From positions 51,745-115,744 of the forward strand of contig NZ_DAOKZA010000004.1 of the NCBI RefSeq assembly GCF_035325925.1: 64,000 nucleotides of DNA, given 5' to 3'. A program made the translations under genes and the position numbers. Source of the stretch: Azohydromonas sp. GTDB lineage: Bacteria; Pseudomonadota; Gammaproteobacteria; Burkholderiales; Burkholderiaceae_C. This document shows, piece after piece, positions 29,787 through 38,506 of this stretch. The notes under the pieces are model-generated. The model had not been told where the DNA came from and did not search any database. It worked only from the letters and a program-made list of their open reading frames with translations. Position 1 is the stretch's first letter. Each line of letters opens with the position of its first letter.

Positions 29787-30794
29787 TCAGTTCACCGTTT
29801 CCGCGACCTGCAGCAACTCCAGCGGTGGTGTCATCTGCAGCCGGCGCGCCAGCGGCATGTGGATGACGATCGCGAAGCGTGTCATGCGCGCCACCGGCAG
29901 TTCGCCGGCCTTCGCGCCGGCGAGGATCTTCTCGGCCTGCGCGCCGGCCAGGCGGCCGATCTCGGCGTAGCGCGCCGCCACCGAGAGCAGCGCGTGACCG
30001 TCGCGCACGACCGACTCGTAAGGGCTCAGCACCGGCAGGCCCAGCGCGATGGCCGCGTTGCCCAGCAGGTCGGCGTTGTCGCGCAGGAACGACGACGACC
30101 CCAGGTAGACCACGTCGACGCCGGCGTGCTTCAGCGCGTTGAGTTGCGGCGCGATGTCCGACGGTCGCGGGCGCCCGTCGGCGGCCAGCGGCAGTTCGCG
30201 CGCGACGAGTTCGAAGCCCTGCGCGCCCACCAGCGCTGCCAGTTCGTCGCGCTTCATCAGCGAGTTCTTCTCGTCCGCGTGGTACAGCAGCCCCAGCCGA
30301 CGCAGCCCCGGCCGGTAGGCGCGCAGCGTCTGCAGATTCACCAGTTCCGGCACGCGGTTGTAGGTGCCGGTCAGGTCCGCACGGCCAGGCCTGTCCAGGC
30401 TGCGCACCAGCCCGGCGCCGACGGGATCGGCGACGATCATGAAGACCTTCGGAATCTCCGGCGCCCATCCCGGCTGGCCGACCTCGTCCAGGCGGCCGGC
30501 CATGCCCAGCGTGACGTTGGTGCCGTAGGTGAGCACGAGGTCGACGCGGCTTTCGCGCGCCTCGGCCAGGAAGCCGGGTAAGGCGCTGCGCTGCCGATTC
30601 GCGTCGCGCAGCACGAAGCGCACCGGCACGCGCCGCTCGTTCAGGTAGGCCTGAAAGGCCTGGCAGGCTTCCTCGCAGCCGGTCCAGGTGACGATCATCA
30701 CCGTCTTCGGTCCAGCGGCCGGCGCCGCCACGCCCAGCGCCATCAGCGCCAGTCCGGCCAGCCAGTTGCGCCATCGCATCGCGGTGTCTCTCAT
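29787..30794 (-). CDS. Periplasmic ABC-type substrate-binding protein (COG2984/BMP-like family)
   Basis: It forms the C-terminal part of the 1082-aa track ORF. The signal peptide is MRDTAMRWRNWLAGLALMALGVAAPAAG. Family-typical stretches are VDLVLTYGTN, VFMIVADPVGAGLV and DVVYLGSSSF. The ATG overlaps the upstream stop (ATGA). Confidence 0.85.
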   Translation of the reverse strand: MRDTAMRWRNWLAGLALMALGVAAPAAGPKTVMIVTWTGCEEACQAFQAYLNERRVPVRFVLRDANRQRSALPGFLAEARESRVDLVLTYGTNVTLGMAGRLDEVGQPGWAPEIPKVFMIVADPVGAGLVRSLDRPGRADLTGTYNRVPELVNLQTLRAYRPGLRRLGLLYHADEKNSLMKRDELAALVGAQGFELVARELPLAADGRPRPSDIAPQLNALKHAGVDVVYLGSSSFLRDNADLLGNAAIALGLPVLSPYESVVRDGHALLSVAARYAEIGRLAGAQAEKILAGAKAGELPVARMTRFAIVIHMPLARRLQMTPPLELLQVAETVN

Positions 30795-32776
30795 GCGGGC
30801 CGGGCGCGCCGCAGCTTCTCGACGAGCAGAAAGCCGGCCAGCCCCAGCAGCGCGAGGATAGCAAGCGCGCGCAGGCTGACCGCGGCGCCGGCGAACGGCA
30901 GCGCGAAGGCGCAGGCCGCGAGGCCGGCGATCGCGCCCAGCCGCTCGGCCAGCCGCATCGGCCCGACCGCCGATCGGCCTGGCTCGATGCGCTGCGCCAG
31001 CACGACCAGCGGCGCACGCATCAGCGTGTGGCCGACGCCCAGCGCGGCGACGGCGCCGACCACCGACCAGTAGCCCGCCCAGGACGCCAGCGCCAGGATC
31101 GCCAGACCCGACAGCATCGCACCGCCGACGGCCAGGGCACGCGGACCGGCAGCGCCGTGCGACAGCGCCGTCACCGCCGGACCCAGCACGACGACTGCCA
31201 GGTAGTACAGCATCACGACCCGTGCCACCTCGGCCGGCCCCGAACCGACGGCCGTCAGCATCAGCGGCGTCAGGTACCAGACGACGACGGCCGTCGCCGC
31301 GCTCATCGGCACCGCCAGCCCCAGCAGCAGCGCCAGGGTGCGCGTGCCGGTCGATGCCGAGGGTGCAGGCGCCGCGCCCGCGAGAGCGACCCCCACCGCA
31401 TCGCCGGCGGCGCCGCGCATCATCAGCAGGCCGACGACGCCCGCTGCGGCGGCGATCAGCGCTCCTGTCGCGAGTGCTGCGCCGTAGCCCAGGCGCCCGG
31501 CGACCACCCCGCCCAGCGCCGCGCCGCAGAACACCCCGCCGTAGACGACCGCGACGAAGGCGCCGGCAGCGCGTGCGCCGCCCTGGTCGGCCGCGGCCCG
31601 TAGCGCGTACTCCTGGCAGGCGATGGTCGCGCTGGCGTAGCACAGCGCCATCAGCCCGCGCCACAGCGTGACCTCGGCCACGTGGTCGGCCGCGGCGAGC
31701 CCGAGCAGGCACAGCACGGTCGGTGGCACCGAGAACGTGAACAGCCGCCGTGCGCCGAAGCGGCGGACCAGCGCGCCGCCGAAGGCGGTCAGCAGCGCGA
31801 TCGCGCCGAGATAGGCGACCAGCGGCGCGGCCGCGGCGAGTTCCGGGCCCAGCCAGGCCGGCCGCGCCAGCGAGCGCGTGTAGACCGGCAGGAACGAGAC
31901 CGCGATTTCGGTGCCGACGACGAAGACAAACAGCGCGAGCCGGATGTCGCCGACATCGGACAGCCGCAGCAGCCGTGGCTGCCCCGCCGCGACGCGCACC
32001 TCCCATTGCCGTTGCAGCGCCTCGCGCGTGGCGGCGCCGAGCGCGGCGAAACGTGCCGCGAGGTCCTGGGCATGATCGTTGAGCCTTTCCGCGGCGCGCA
32101 CCAGTCCCACCGGCCCGCCGGGCTCGACACGATGGCGGAAGTCGCCTTCGCGCTGCGCCTCGAGCAGGCGCGACACGCGCGCGAGTGGCCGGTCCACGGC
32201 GCGCGCCGCCAGCAGCAGCAGCGTGAGCTCCAGCGCGAGCAGCGCCGCGGCCAGCCCGATCACCATCACGTCGAGCAGCACTTCGCGCAGCCGCGTGCGC
32301 ACGAAAGCCGGGCTGAGCTCGACGACGACCTCTCCGACCAGGCGGTTGCCGTCGAGGATGGACAGGGCGTACGCACCGCGTGGTGCGGTCGCCGCCGTCG
32401 CATCGGGTGTCGGCATCGCGAGTCGATCGGCGTCGGGCCGTTGACGCGCTGCGGTCGCGACGACGGCACCGTCGGCCGCGCGCACCACGATGCGGTCGAC
32501 CTCCCCGAAGCTCTGCAGCGTCTGCGCCAGGTAGCCGTCGAGGCCGGCCATGCCGCCGAGCGGCACGCCGAGATCGAGCGCGCGCTGCAGTTCGGCGCGC
32601 ACGATGGCGCCGATCAGCCGCGTGCGCTTGGACAGCTCCGGCGCCACCGCGCGCTCGAAGGCGTCGACCGCATGCACGCCGACGGCCAGCACCGCACCGC
32701 CGAGCAGCGCGAGCAGCAGTGCGACCAGGCGCAGCCGCAGGCCGCGCGCGATGCCGTCGCCGGCCCATGCCGTCAC
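30791..32776 (-). CDS. Fusion protein: N-terminal two-TM periplasmic sensor-like module, HAMP domain, and 12-TM MFS transporter
   Basis: The layout is TM1, an extracytoplasmic segment of about 150 aa, and TM2. HAMP follows (VDRPLARVSRLLEAQREGDFRHRVEPGGPVGLVRAAERLNDHAQDL), then a coiled linker. About 400 aa of MFS-like helices complete the protein. A GTG start overlaps the upstream stop (GTGA). Confidence 0.8.
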   Translation of the reverse strand: MTAWAGDGIARGLRLRLVALLLALLGGAVLAVGVHAVDAFERAVAPELSKRTRLIGAIVRAELQRALDLGVPLGGMAGLDGYLAQTLQSFGEVDRIVVRAADGAVVATAARQRPDADRLAMPTPDATAATAPRGAYALSILDGNRLVGEVVVELSPAFVRTRLREVLLDVMVIGLAAALLALELTLLLLAARAVDRPLARVSRLLEAQREGDFRHRVEPGGPVGLVRAAERLNDHAQDLAARFAALGAATREALQRQWEVRVAAGQPRLLRLSDVGDIRLALFVFVVGTEIAVSFLPVYTRSLARPAWLGPELAAAAPLVAYLGAIALLTAFGGALVRRFGARRLFTFSVPPTVLCLLGLAAADHVAEVTLWRGLMALCYASATIACQEYALRAAADQGGARAAGAFVAVVYGGVFCGAALGGVVAGRLGYGAALATGALIAAAAGVVGLLMMRGAAGDAVGVALAGAAPAPSASTGTRTLALLLGLAVPMSAATAVVVWYLTPLMLTAVGSGPAEVARVVMLYYLAVVVLGPAVTALSHGAAGPRALAVGGAMLSGLAILALASWAGYWSVVGAVAALGVGHTLMRAPLVVLAQRIEPGRSAVGPMRLAERLGAIAGLAACAFALPFAGAAVSLRALAILALLGLAGFLLVEKLRRARPA

Positions 32777-33546
32777 GACGGCCGGTCCCGCGTCGCGGCC
32801 AGCTGCTGTCCGGCCGCGCGGTAGCGCGCGGCCGCGGCCTCCAGCCGTTCGCGCAGGGCGAGCGCATCGGGTGCCTGCGCCGGCGCGTCGGCGCCGGCGG
32901 CACGGCGCCAGGCGCCACGTTCGAAGTCACGGCAGCCGGTATCGATGGCGTCGAACTGTCGGATGACCGCGCGCAGTCCCCAGCGCAGCAGCAGCGCCCC
33001 GAGGGCCCCGACGAGCAGCAGCGCCAGCAGCGCACCCAGCACGACGGCGGCGAACATCGCGCGCACCTGCGTCAGGTGGCCGTCGCGCGGATAGACGATG
33101 AGGATGCCGCCGGCGCTGCCGCCGTCGCCGCCGACGATGTCGACGCTGCCCAGGAAGCCTTCGTGGCTGTCGAGGTACCAGGGCGCGCCGCGCGCGGCCG
33201 CGCGCGCCGCGACGGCCTGCGGCGGGATCGTCGCGGGCCCGCCCGCCGCCGTGGAGTGGACGATGCGGCCGTCGCTGTCGAACACGTGCAGCGCGACGAT
33301 GTCCTCGTCGCTCTGGCGCGCGCGCTCGAGCAGCGCCGTCGCGTTGCGCACGCTGGCCAGCGGCAGGCCCAGCCGCACCGCAGAGGCGAACGGTGCCATC
33401 GTGCGGTCGGCGAGCACGACCAGGCGCTCGCCGACCAGCGTGGCGTGGATGCTGCCGAACTGCAGCGTGGCGAGGCCGACGAAGATGCCCAGCACCACCA
33501 GGGCGACGATCGTCACGGTGCCCCAGATGCGCCAGAGGAGAGCCAT
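32773..33546 (-). CDS. Two-TM membrane protein with an extracytoplasmic sensor-like domain, paralogous in layout to the N-terminus of the HAMP-MFS protein
   Basis: MALLWRIWGTVTIVALVVLGIFVGLATL (TM1) is followed by a ~140 aa loop containing GLPLASVRNATALLERARQSDEDIVALHVFDSDGRIVHS, then TM2. The track ORF starts at GTG 33582. No good Shine-Dalgarno sequence precedes either start. Confidence 0.6.
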   Translation of the reverse strand: MALLWRIWGTVTIVALVVLGIFVGLATLQFGSIHATLVGERLVVLADRTMAPFASAVRLGLPLASVRNATALLERARQSDEDIVALHVFDSDGRIVHSTAAGGPATIPPQAVAARAAARGAPWYLDSHEGFLGSVDIVGGDGGSAGGILIVYPRDGHLTQVRAMFAAVVLGALLALLLVGALGALLLRWGLRAVIRQFDAIDTGCRDFERGAWRRAAGADAPAQAPDALALRERLEAAAARYRAAGQQLAATRDRPS

Positions 33547-33793
33547 CGTGGAAGGGCTGTGCCAGCAGCGCAGGCCGCGCACGATCGGCGGGCCGCGTCG
33601 GGTCGGGCCAGCATAGTGGCCGCAGCGCCGGATGGTGACCGGGCGGCGCCAGGGATTACCCCAGGGCGTCTGCGTGACCTGGACGGCCCGCGTACCGGCC
33701 GGACATCGGCGACCAAGCCGCAGACGCCGGTCGACGTTCGCCGAGCCAGCGCCCCGAGGTGCGCATCCATGCCTGCCGGCGCCGGGTGAGGGA

Positions 33794-34285
33794 TCAGACC
33801 TGCCGCGTCAGCCTGATCAGGTTCAGCGCCCGTGCGGCGAAGTAGCCGCTCAGCACGCCGTAGACGGCGGAAAGGCCGACGACGAACAGCGTCGTCGAGA
33901 TGACGGCGGCGTGCATGGCGTTCATGACGGCGTAGACGTACTTCGCGAAGAAGATGGCCATGATCACGGCCAGCGGGACCCAGCTGCCGGGAACGAAATA
34001 CGTCTTCGCGTGGGCGTCGTAGCGCACCCGCTCGTCGCGAAACCGGGCGTACCCGACGAGCGCGGCCACGGCCAGTGCAGCGGCCCACGCGGCCACCGGC
34101 AGGGGCGCGAAGCCGAAGCTCGACTGAACGCCGGCCAGCGACAGCGCGATCATGCCGGCGGGAAGCGCCAGCGCGGGAACCCTGCGCACGTTGCGCGTCC
34201 TCGCCTGCATGAGACCGAACGCGAGCAAGCCGGCGAACAGCGCGAACACCCAGGTCGGCGTGCGGGAAAGGATCTGGCCGATCAA
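33794..34285 (-). CDS. Small integral membrane protein (about 4-5 TM), unknown function
   Basis: A TTG start is preceded by AGGAGAA. The sequence is hydrophobic throughout (WVFALFAGLLAFGLM, VPLAVIMAIFFAKYVYAVM). It lies downstream of the MerR gene on the same strand. Confidence 0.7.
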   Translation of the reverse strand: MIGQILSRTPTWVFALFAGLLAFGLMQARTRNVRRVPALALPAGMIALSLAGVQSSFGFAPLPVAAWAAALAVAALVGYARFRDERVRYDAHAKTYFVPGSWVPLAVIMAIFFAKYVYAVMNAMHAAVISTTLFVVGLSAVYGVLSGYFAARALNLIRLTRQV

Positions 34286-34361
34286 GGGGTTCTCCTGCGG
34301 GTATCTGGGCGGCGGGGGTCGACGCCGGCGAGGCGCGTGGTCCGAGTCGGTGCGGCCTGGA

Positions 34362-34817
34362 TCATGCGCCGCTTCGGGGCGGCCTGGACGATGCGCCTGT
34401 TCGGGGCGCGGGTCGCCGCTGCCGCTTCTCCAGTGCGCCGGCGGCGGCGGCCTTCAGCAGTCGCTGGAACGACGGGCAGGCCGCATGGCTGGTCGCGGGG
34501 CAGGCCGCCGCGTGCCGCAGTCCTTCGATCATCGCCCTCAGGCGCTTGACCATGCGCTCGAGCTCGTCGGCCTTCGCCGAGAGCATGGCGCGGTCGATGT
34601 TCGGCGCGCCGCCCGGGGTGAACATGACCCGGATCTCGTCCAGCGAGAAGCCGGCCGCCTGCCCCAGCGCGATGAGCGCCAGCTGATCGAGCACCGACGG
34701 CGCGAACTTGCGGCGCGCGCCCTCCGACGCCAGCGAGCGGATCAGCCCCTTGCGCTCGTAGTAGCGCAGCGCCGAAGCGGCCACGCCCGACTTCCTGGCA
34801 ACTTCGGCGATGTCCAT
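34362..34817 (-). CDS. MerR-family transcriptional regulator with a CueR-like C-x7-C loop
   Basis: The N-terminal HTH is MDIAEVARKSGVAASALRYYERKGLI. A dimerisation helix follows, then ACPATSHAACP, with two Cys separated by 7 residues. Confidence 0.9.
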   Translation of the reverse strand: MDIAEVARKSGVAASALRYYERKGLIRSLASEGARRKFAPSVLDQLALIALGQAAGFSLDEIRVMFTPGGAPNIDRAMLSAKADELERMVKRLRAMIEGLRHAAACPATSHAACPSFQRLLKAAAAGALEKRQRRPAPRTGASSRPPRSGA

Positions 34818-34826
34818 CGAAACCGC

Positions 34827-34857
34827 TTGACTTCAAGTTGACTTCAACTTCTATCAT
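34827..34857 (+). promoter_or_regulatory. MerR-type promoter: -35 TTGACT, 19-bp spacer containing a perfect dyad, -10 TATCAT
   Basis: TTGACT spans 34827-34832 and TATCAT spans 34852-34857. The 19-nt spacer holds AAGTTGA-ct-TCAACTT (34835-34850). It is located between the MerR gene and the divergent DUF2938 gene. Confidence 0.6.
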
Positions 34858-34901
34858 GCCTGTGACATGTCATCCGGTCAACGCATCTTGAGGAGATCCC
34901 C

Positions 34902-35396
34902 ATGCCTGCCTTTCCGCTCGTCGCCCACATCGCGCTGGTCGGCATCGGCGCGACGGCGCTGATGGACCTGTGGCTGTGGCTGCTGGCGCGCCTGGGGGTG
35001 CCGACCACCGGGTTCGCGATGGTGGGCCGCTGGGTCGGGCACGTCGCACGCGGCACGATCGCCCACGCGGCGATCTCGAAGGCCGCGCCGATCCCCTTCG
35101 AGCTCGGCCTGGGCTGGCTGACCCACTACCTCATCGGCATCGCCTTCGCGGCGGCGCTGGTCGGTCTGCAGGGCGCCGCGTGGCTGCATCAGCCGACGGC
35201 GCTGCCGGCCCTGGCGTTCGGAGCCGCCACCGTGGTCGCACCCTGGTTCGTGATGCAGCCGGCCATGGGCGCCGGCTTCCTGGCCCGCAAGACACCGGCG
35301 CCGCTGAAGAACGGCCTGCGCAACCTGGCCAACCACGCGGTCTTCGGCGCCGGCCTGTACGTCGCGGCGGCCGCGCTGGCGCGAGTCGCCGCGTGA
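34902..35396 (+). CDS. DUF2938-family membrane protein
   Basis: ATG is preceded by GAGGAG. GATALMDLWLWLLARLG and GRWVGH are typical of DUF2938 as I recall it. Confidence 0.8.
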   Translation: MPAFPLVAHIALVGIGATALMDLWLWLLARLGVPTTGFAMVGRWVGHVARGTIAHAAISKAAPIPFELGLGWLTHYLIGIAFAAALVGLQGAAWLHQPTALPALAFGAATVVAPWFVMQPAMGAGFLARKTPAPLKNGLRNLANHAVFGAGLYVAAAALARVAA

Positions 35397-35443
35397 GCCG
35401 CTCGCATCCCTCGTCGTCCCTCGACCGTCCCGGAGACTCCCTC

Positions 35444-36013
35444 ATGAGCAAGCTCGCCATCGTCTATCACAGCGCCCACGGGCACACCGAGTTCATCGCC
35501 CGCCAGGTGCATGTCGGCACCTCGGATGTCGTCGGCGTCGATGCCCGCCTGGTCCCGGCGGAAGACATCGCGCGCCGGCCCGACGACCTCGTCGCGTACG
35601 ACGGTTTCATCTTCGGCTCGCCGACCTACCTGGGCGGCGTCAGCGCGCCGTTCAAGAACTTCATGGACTCGACGGGCCGCCTCTGGCGCACCCAGCGACT
35701 CAAGGGCAAGCTCGCCGCCGGGTTCACCGTGTCGTCGCTGCCCTCGGGGGACAAGCTGTCGACCTTGCTGTCGATGTTCGTCTTCGGCATGCAGCACGGC
35801 ATGCTGTGGGTCGGCAACCCCATCGTGCCCGAGCAGCACAGCGGCGTGCCGTACGAAGAGGCGGCCAACCGGCTGGGCTCGTGGTCGGGGCTGATGGCCC
35901 AGGCCGGGCACGCCGCACCCGCGGACGCGTTCGTGCCGGGCGACGTCAAGACCGCACGCCTGTTCGGCCGGCATGTCGCCCAAAGCCTGGAGCGCGTGCT
36001 CGTCCCGGCTTGA
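35444..36013 (+). CDS. Flavodoxin-like NAD(P)H:quinone oxidoreductase (WrbA-type fold)
   Basis: MSKLAIVYHSAHGHTEFIA and FIFGSPTYLGGVSAPFKNFMDST are flavodoxin-like FMN-binding signatures. Confidence 0.88.
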   Translation: MSKLAIVYHSAHGHTEFIARQVHVGTSDVVGVDARLVPAEDIARRPDDLVAYDGFIFGSPTYLGGVSAPFKNFMDSTGRLWRTQRLKGKLAAGFTVSSLPSGDKLSTLLSMFVFGMQHGMLWVGNPIVPEQHSGVPYEEAANRLGSWSGLMAQAGHAAPADAFVPGDVKTARLFGRHVAQSLERVLVPA

Positions 36014-36039
36014 ACACGTCAACTTCCAGGAGGACCTGC

Positions 36040-36270
36040 ATGTTCCCCAAACAAGTGGCCCCCGCCCTGTTCGGCCTGATCCTGTCGGGCCTGATGTCGC
36101 TGCTGGTGTCCGGCATCTCGACCTATCGCGCCGTCGGCTTCGGTGAAGGCTACGCCGGCCTGTGGGTCGGTGCCTGGCTGACCGCGTGGCTCGTGGCCTT
36201 CCCGGTGGTGCTCGTCGTGGCACCGCTGGCGCGCAGGACGGTGGCGTTGCTCGTCGACGACCGGCCGTGA
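36040..36270 (+). CDS. DUF2798-family small membrane protein
   Basis: 76 aa with two hydrophobic helices (ALFGLILSGLMSLLVSGIST; WLTAWLVAFPVVLVVAP). ATG is preceded by GGAGGA. Confidence 0.7.
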   Translation: MFPKQVAPALFGLILSGLMSLLVSGISTYRAVGFGEGYAGLWVGAWLTAWLVAFPVVLVVAPLARRTVALLVDDRP

Positions 36271-36321
36271 AGCTGGTCGCGCCGGGCGTGGTGCGACGAC
36301 GTCGTCGATCGGTGCCGCGGT

Positions 36322-37629
36322 TCAGGCGCCGAGCAGCCCGAGGCGTCGCGCGACGTCTTCGCGCCCGGGATGCAGCGACTCCAGCCGCCGCAGGTAGCCG
36401 ATCGCGCGCGGTGTGTCCTTCAGGTGGGCCGCGGCGCTGGCCGCGAGTTCGAGCACGGCGGCACGGCGCTGCTCGCGTTCGCCGACTTCGGCGGCCAGCA
36501 TCGAGGCGCCGACGCTGTCCAGCGGGTGCAGCGCCTCTCGTCGAACGCGTGCCGCGGGCAGCGTGCGATCGGTGAGCGCAAGGTAGCGGTCGGCGTCGCT
36601 CAGCGCATCGGCGGCGCGCCCCTGCCCGAAACGTGCCGTGCCGCGCTGCCACCAGCCGTCCTCGAAGTCGGGATCGAGTTCGATCGCCCGCGTGGCGGCC
36701 GCCTCGGCCATGTCGTGGCGGCCGATCCGGCAGACGCAGAACGCCAGCCTGCAGAGCTCGGCCGGCTGCAGTTGCTCGATCAGCCGCTGTCCCGGATCGT
36801 GCTGCTGGGCGTCCTTCGACAGGGCGGCCAGCATCGCGGCCATCGGCTCGACGCCGGCCGCCTTCCAGACCGCGTAGCCCGCGGTCGCCGCCAGGTACAT
36901 CCGCGCGGCGGCGTGCAGTTCCAGCGCTCGGCTGCCGGCGGCGCGGGCGAGCGTGCGAGCGCGGTCGAAGTGCTCGACGGCCTGGGGCAGCAGGCGGTCG
37001 CTGCCGATGTTGAGCACCGCGTGGCCGATCCGGCAGTGCAGTTCGGCGGACCTGGCCTGGTCGGGAAAGGCCTGCAGGTAGGCGTCGAACAGGCCGAGCC
37101 GGTCCCAGCAGGCCAGCCCCACCGCGGCGCGTGCGAAGTCGGCGCGGCCGATCCGCGTGCCGTCGGCCGCGATGCCCAGCGTGTTGTACCCGGCCTGCAG
37201 GAAGAAGCGGTCGGACCACGGGTCGGCAAACGCGATCGACGCGGCGTCGCGGTCGACGTGACCGATGCTGCAGTAGTGATGGGTCTGGCGGTCGGACAGC
37301 AGCACGGTGTCCTGTTCACGGGCGAACCACCACAGGTGCGCCGGCGGCACGGCGACGCCGCGATGCAGCGGCACGCGCCAGCGCGCGGACCAGACGGGAA
37401 ACACCGCGGCGTCCGCGACCTCGTGGCGCACGGGTGCCACGGCGCGGTTCTGCACGTCGGCGAACTGCCCCAGGTCGACCGGCGTCATCGGCCGCGGCCG
37501 CGGGTCGTCCGCGGCGTGACCGACACCCGACGTCGCGAGCAAGGTCGACCACGTCGCCTGGTTGTCCAGGTAGACCTGGATCCGCTCGTCGCGTGGCGGA
37601 CGCGCGATCAGTCCGTCGTCCGCACTCAT
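36322..37629 (-). CDS. Uncharacterised protein: unknown N-terminal ~170-aa domain plus C-terminal TPR-like repeats
   Basis: ATG at 37629 overlaps the stop of the upstream gene (ATGA). The C-terminal half is helical-repeat-like (AIELDPDFEDGWWQRGTARFGQGRAADALSDADRYLAL). Confidence 0.65.
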   Translation of the reverse strand: MSADDGLIARPPRDERIQVYLDNQATWSTLLATSGVGHAADDPRPRPMTPVDLGQFADVQNRAVAPVRHEVADAAVFPVWSARWRVPLHRGVAVPPAHLWWFAREQDTVLLSDRQTHHYCSIGHVDRDAASIAFADPWSDRFFLQAGYNTLGIAADGTRIGRADFARAAVGLACWDRLGLFDAYLQAFPDQARSAELHCRIGHAVLNIGSDRLLPQAVEHFDRARTLARAAGSRALELHAAARMYLAATAGYAVWKAAGVEPMAAMLAALSKDAQQHDPGQRLIEQLQPAELCRLAFCVCRIGRHDMAEAAATRAIELDPDFEDGWWQRGTARFGQGRAADALSDADRYLALTDRTLPAARVRREALHPLDSVGASMLAAEVGEREQRRAAVLELAASAAAHLKDTPRAIGYLRRLESLHPGREDVARRLGLLGA

Positions 37630-38360
37630 CGTTCGCCCTGGTAGATCGACACCGGCAGCGAGGTGTGCTGCCGCAGCTCGGCGGCGCCGACGCGGTAGAA
37701 CCACCGCAGGCAGAAGCGGTAGAACCCGGGTCGCTGCGCGGTGACGGTGACCCGCAACGGCTGCGGCGCGTCCCTGGGGCCGAGCGCGAGCAGTGCGGCG
37801 GGGTCCGTGTCGAGGAAGTTCGGACTCTCGGCCACCAGCGGCCTGTGTCGACCGTCGGGCTCGCGAACCATGCGGCGCGCACGGCCGACCTTCGGCCCGT
37901 CGAGTTCGACGAAAAAGCGCATCGGCTCGACCAACCCGGCGCCGAACAGTGCCGCGGCGTCGATCCCGGCGTCGTACTCGGGGTGGCGTTCGGCCCGGTA
38001 GTCGATCAGGTGCAGGTCCAGTCGCTCGAGCAGGATCTGCGCTTCGCTTCGCCCGTCGTGGGCCAGCGTGACCGCCAGGCGCACCCCCTCGATGAACACC
38101 GGCTCGCTGCCATCGGCGCTGGCAAAGGGCCCGGGCGCGCCGTCCAGGGGGGTCATGACTTCGGCGGCGTCGAGTTCGGAGATCTTCAGGTCCGCGCCGA
38201 TCAGCGCGCGCGCGTTCTTCAGCGCCGCCGATGCGCCGGGCACGAAGGCGCCGGGCACCTCGAGCAGCTTGATGACGGGTTCACCGACGTTGCCGGCGAT
38301 CGTGCGCACACGATCCCAGAGCCCGGTGCGCGGCTTCCACGTCCACGGTGTGGGTGACAT
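37626..38360 (-). CDS. Uncharacterised protein (244 aa), no family recognised
   Basis: ATG at 38360 is preceded by GAGGAG. Composition is balanced (W/F/Y/D/E/K present). It is translationally coupled to the TPR gene. Confidence 0.6.
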   Translation of the reverse strand: MSPTPWTWKPRTGLWDRVRTIAGNVGEPVIKLLEVPGAFVPGASAALKNARALIGADLKISELDAAEVMTPLDGAPGPFASADGSEPVFIEGVRLAVTLAHDGRSEAQILLERLDLHLIDYRAERHPEYDAGIDAAALFGAGLVEPMRFFVELDGPKVGRARRMVREPDGRHRPLVAESPNFLDTDPAALLALGPRDAPQPLRVTVTAQRPGFYRFCLRWFYRVGAAELRQHTSLPVSIYQGER

Positions 38361-38506
38361 GCTTGCTCCTCGGCGCACGTGTCGCCGTCTCGAACGGGGG
38401 GCAGCGACCGCTGTCTGCTTGCGCCGGCTCGCGCGGTGGGCGCATCGGGCAGCGCGGTCCTCGCCCGTGGCCACGCATCATGTGCTGCATGCGGCTCGCC
38501 ACGTGC

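Noticed and set aside
29167-33035. The 616-aa ORF 29167..31017 and the N-terminal ~750 codons of the 1082-aa ORF 29787..33035
   Set aside because: They are off-frame over the binding-protein, HAMP-MFS and sensor genes. Only the last 335 codons of the 1082-aa ORF carry a signal peptide and family motifs.
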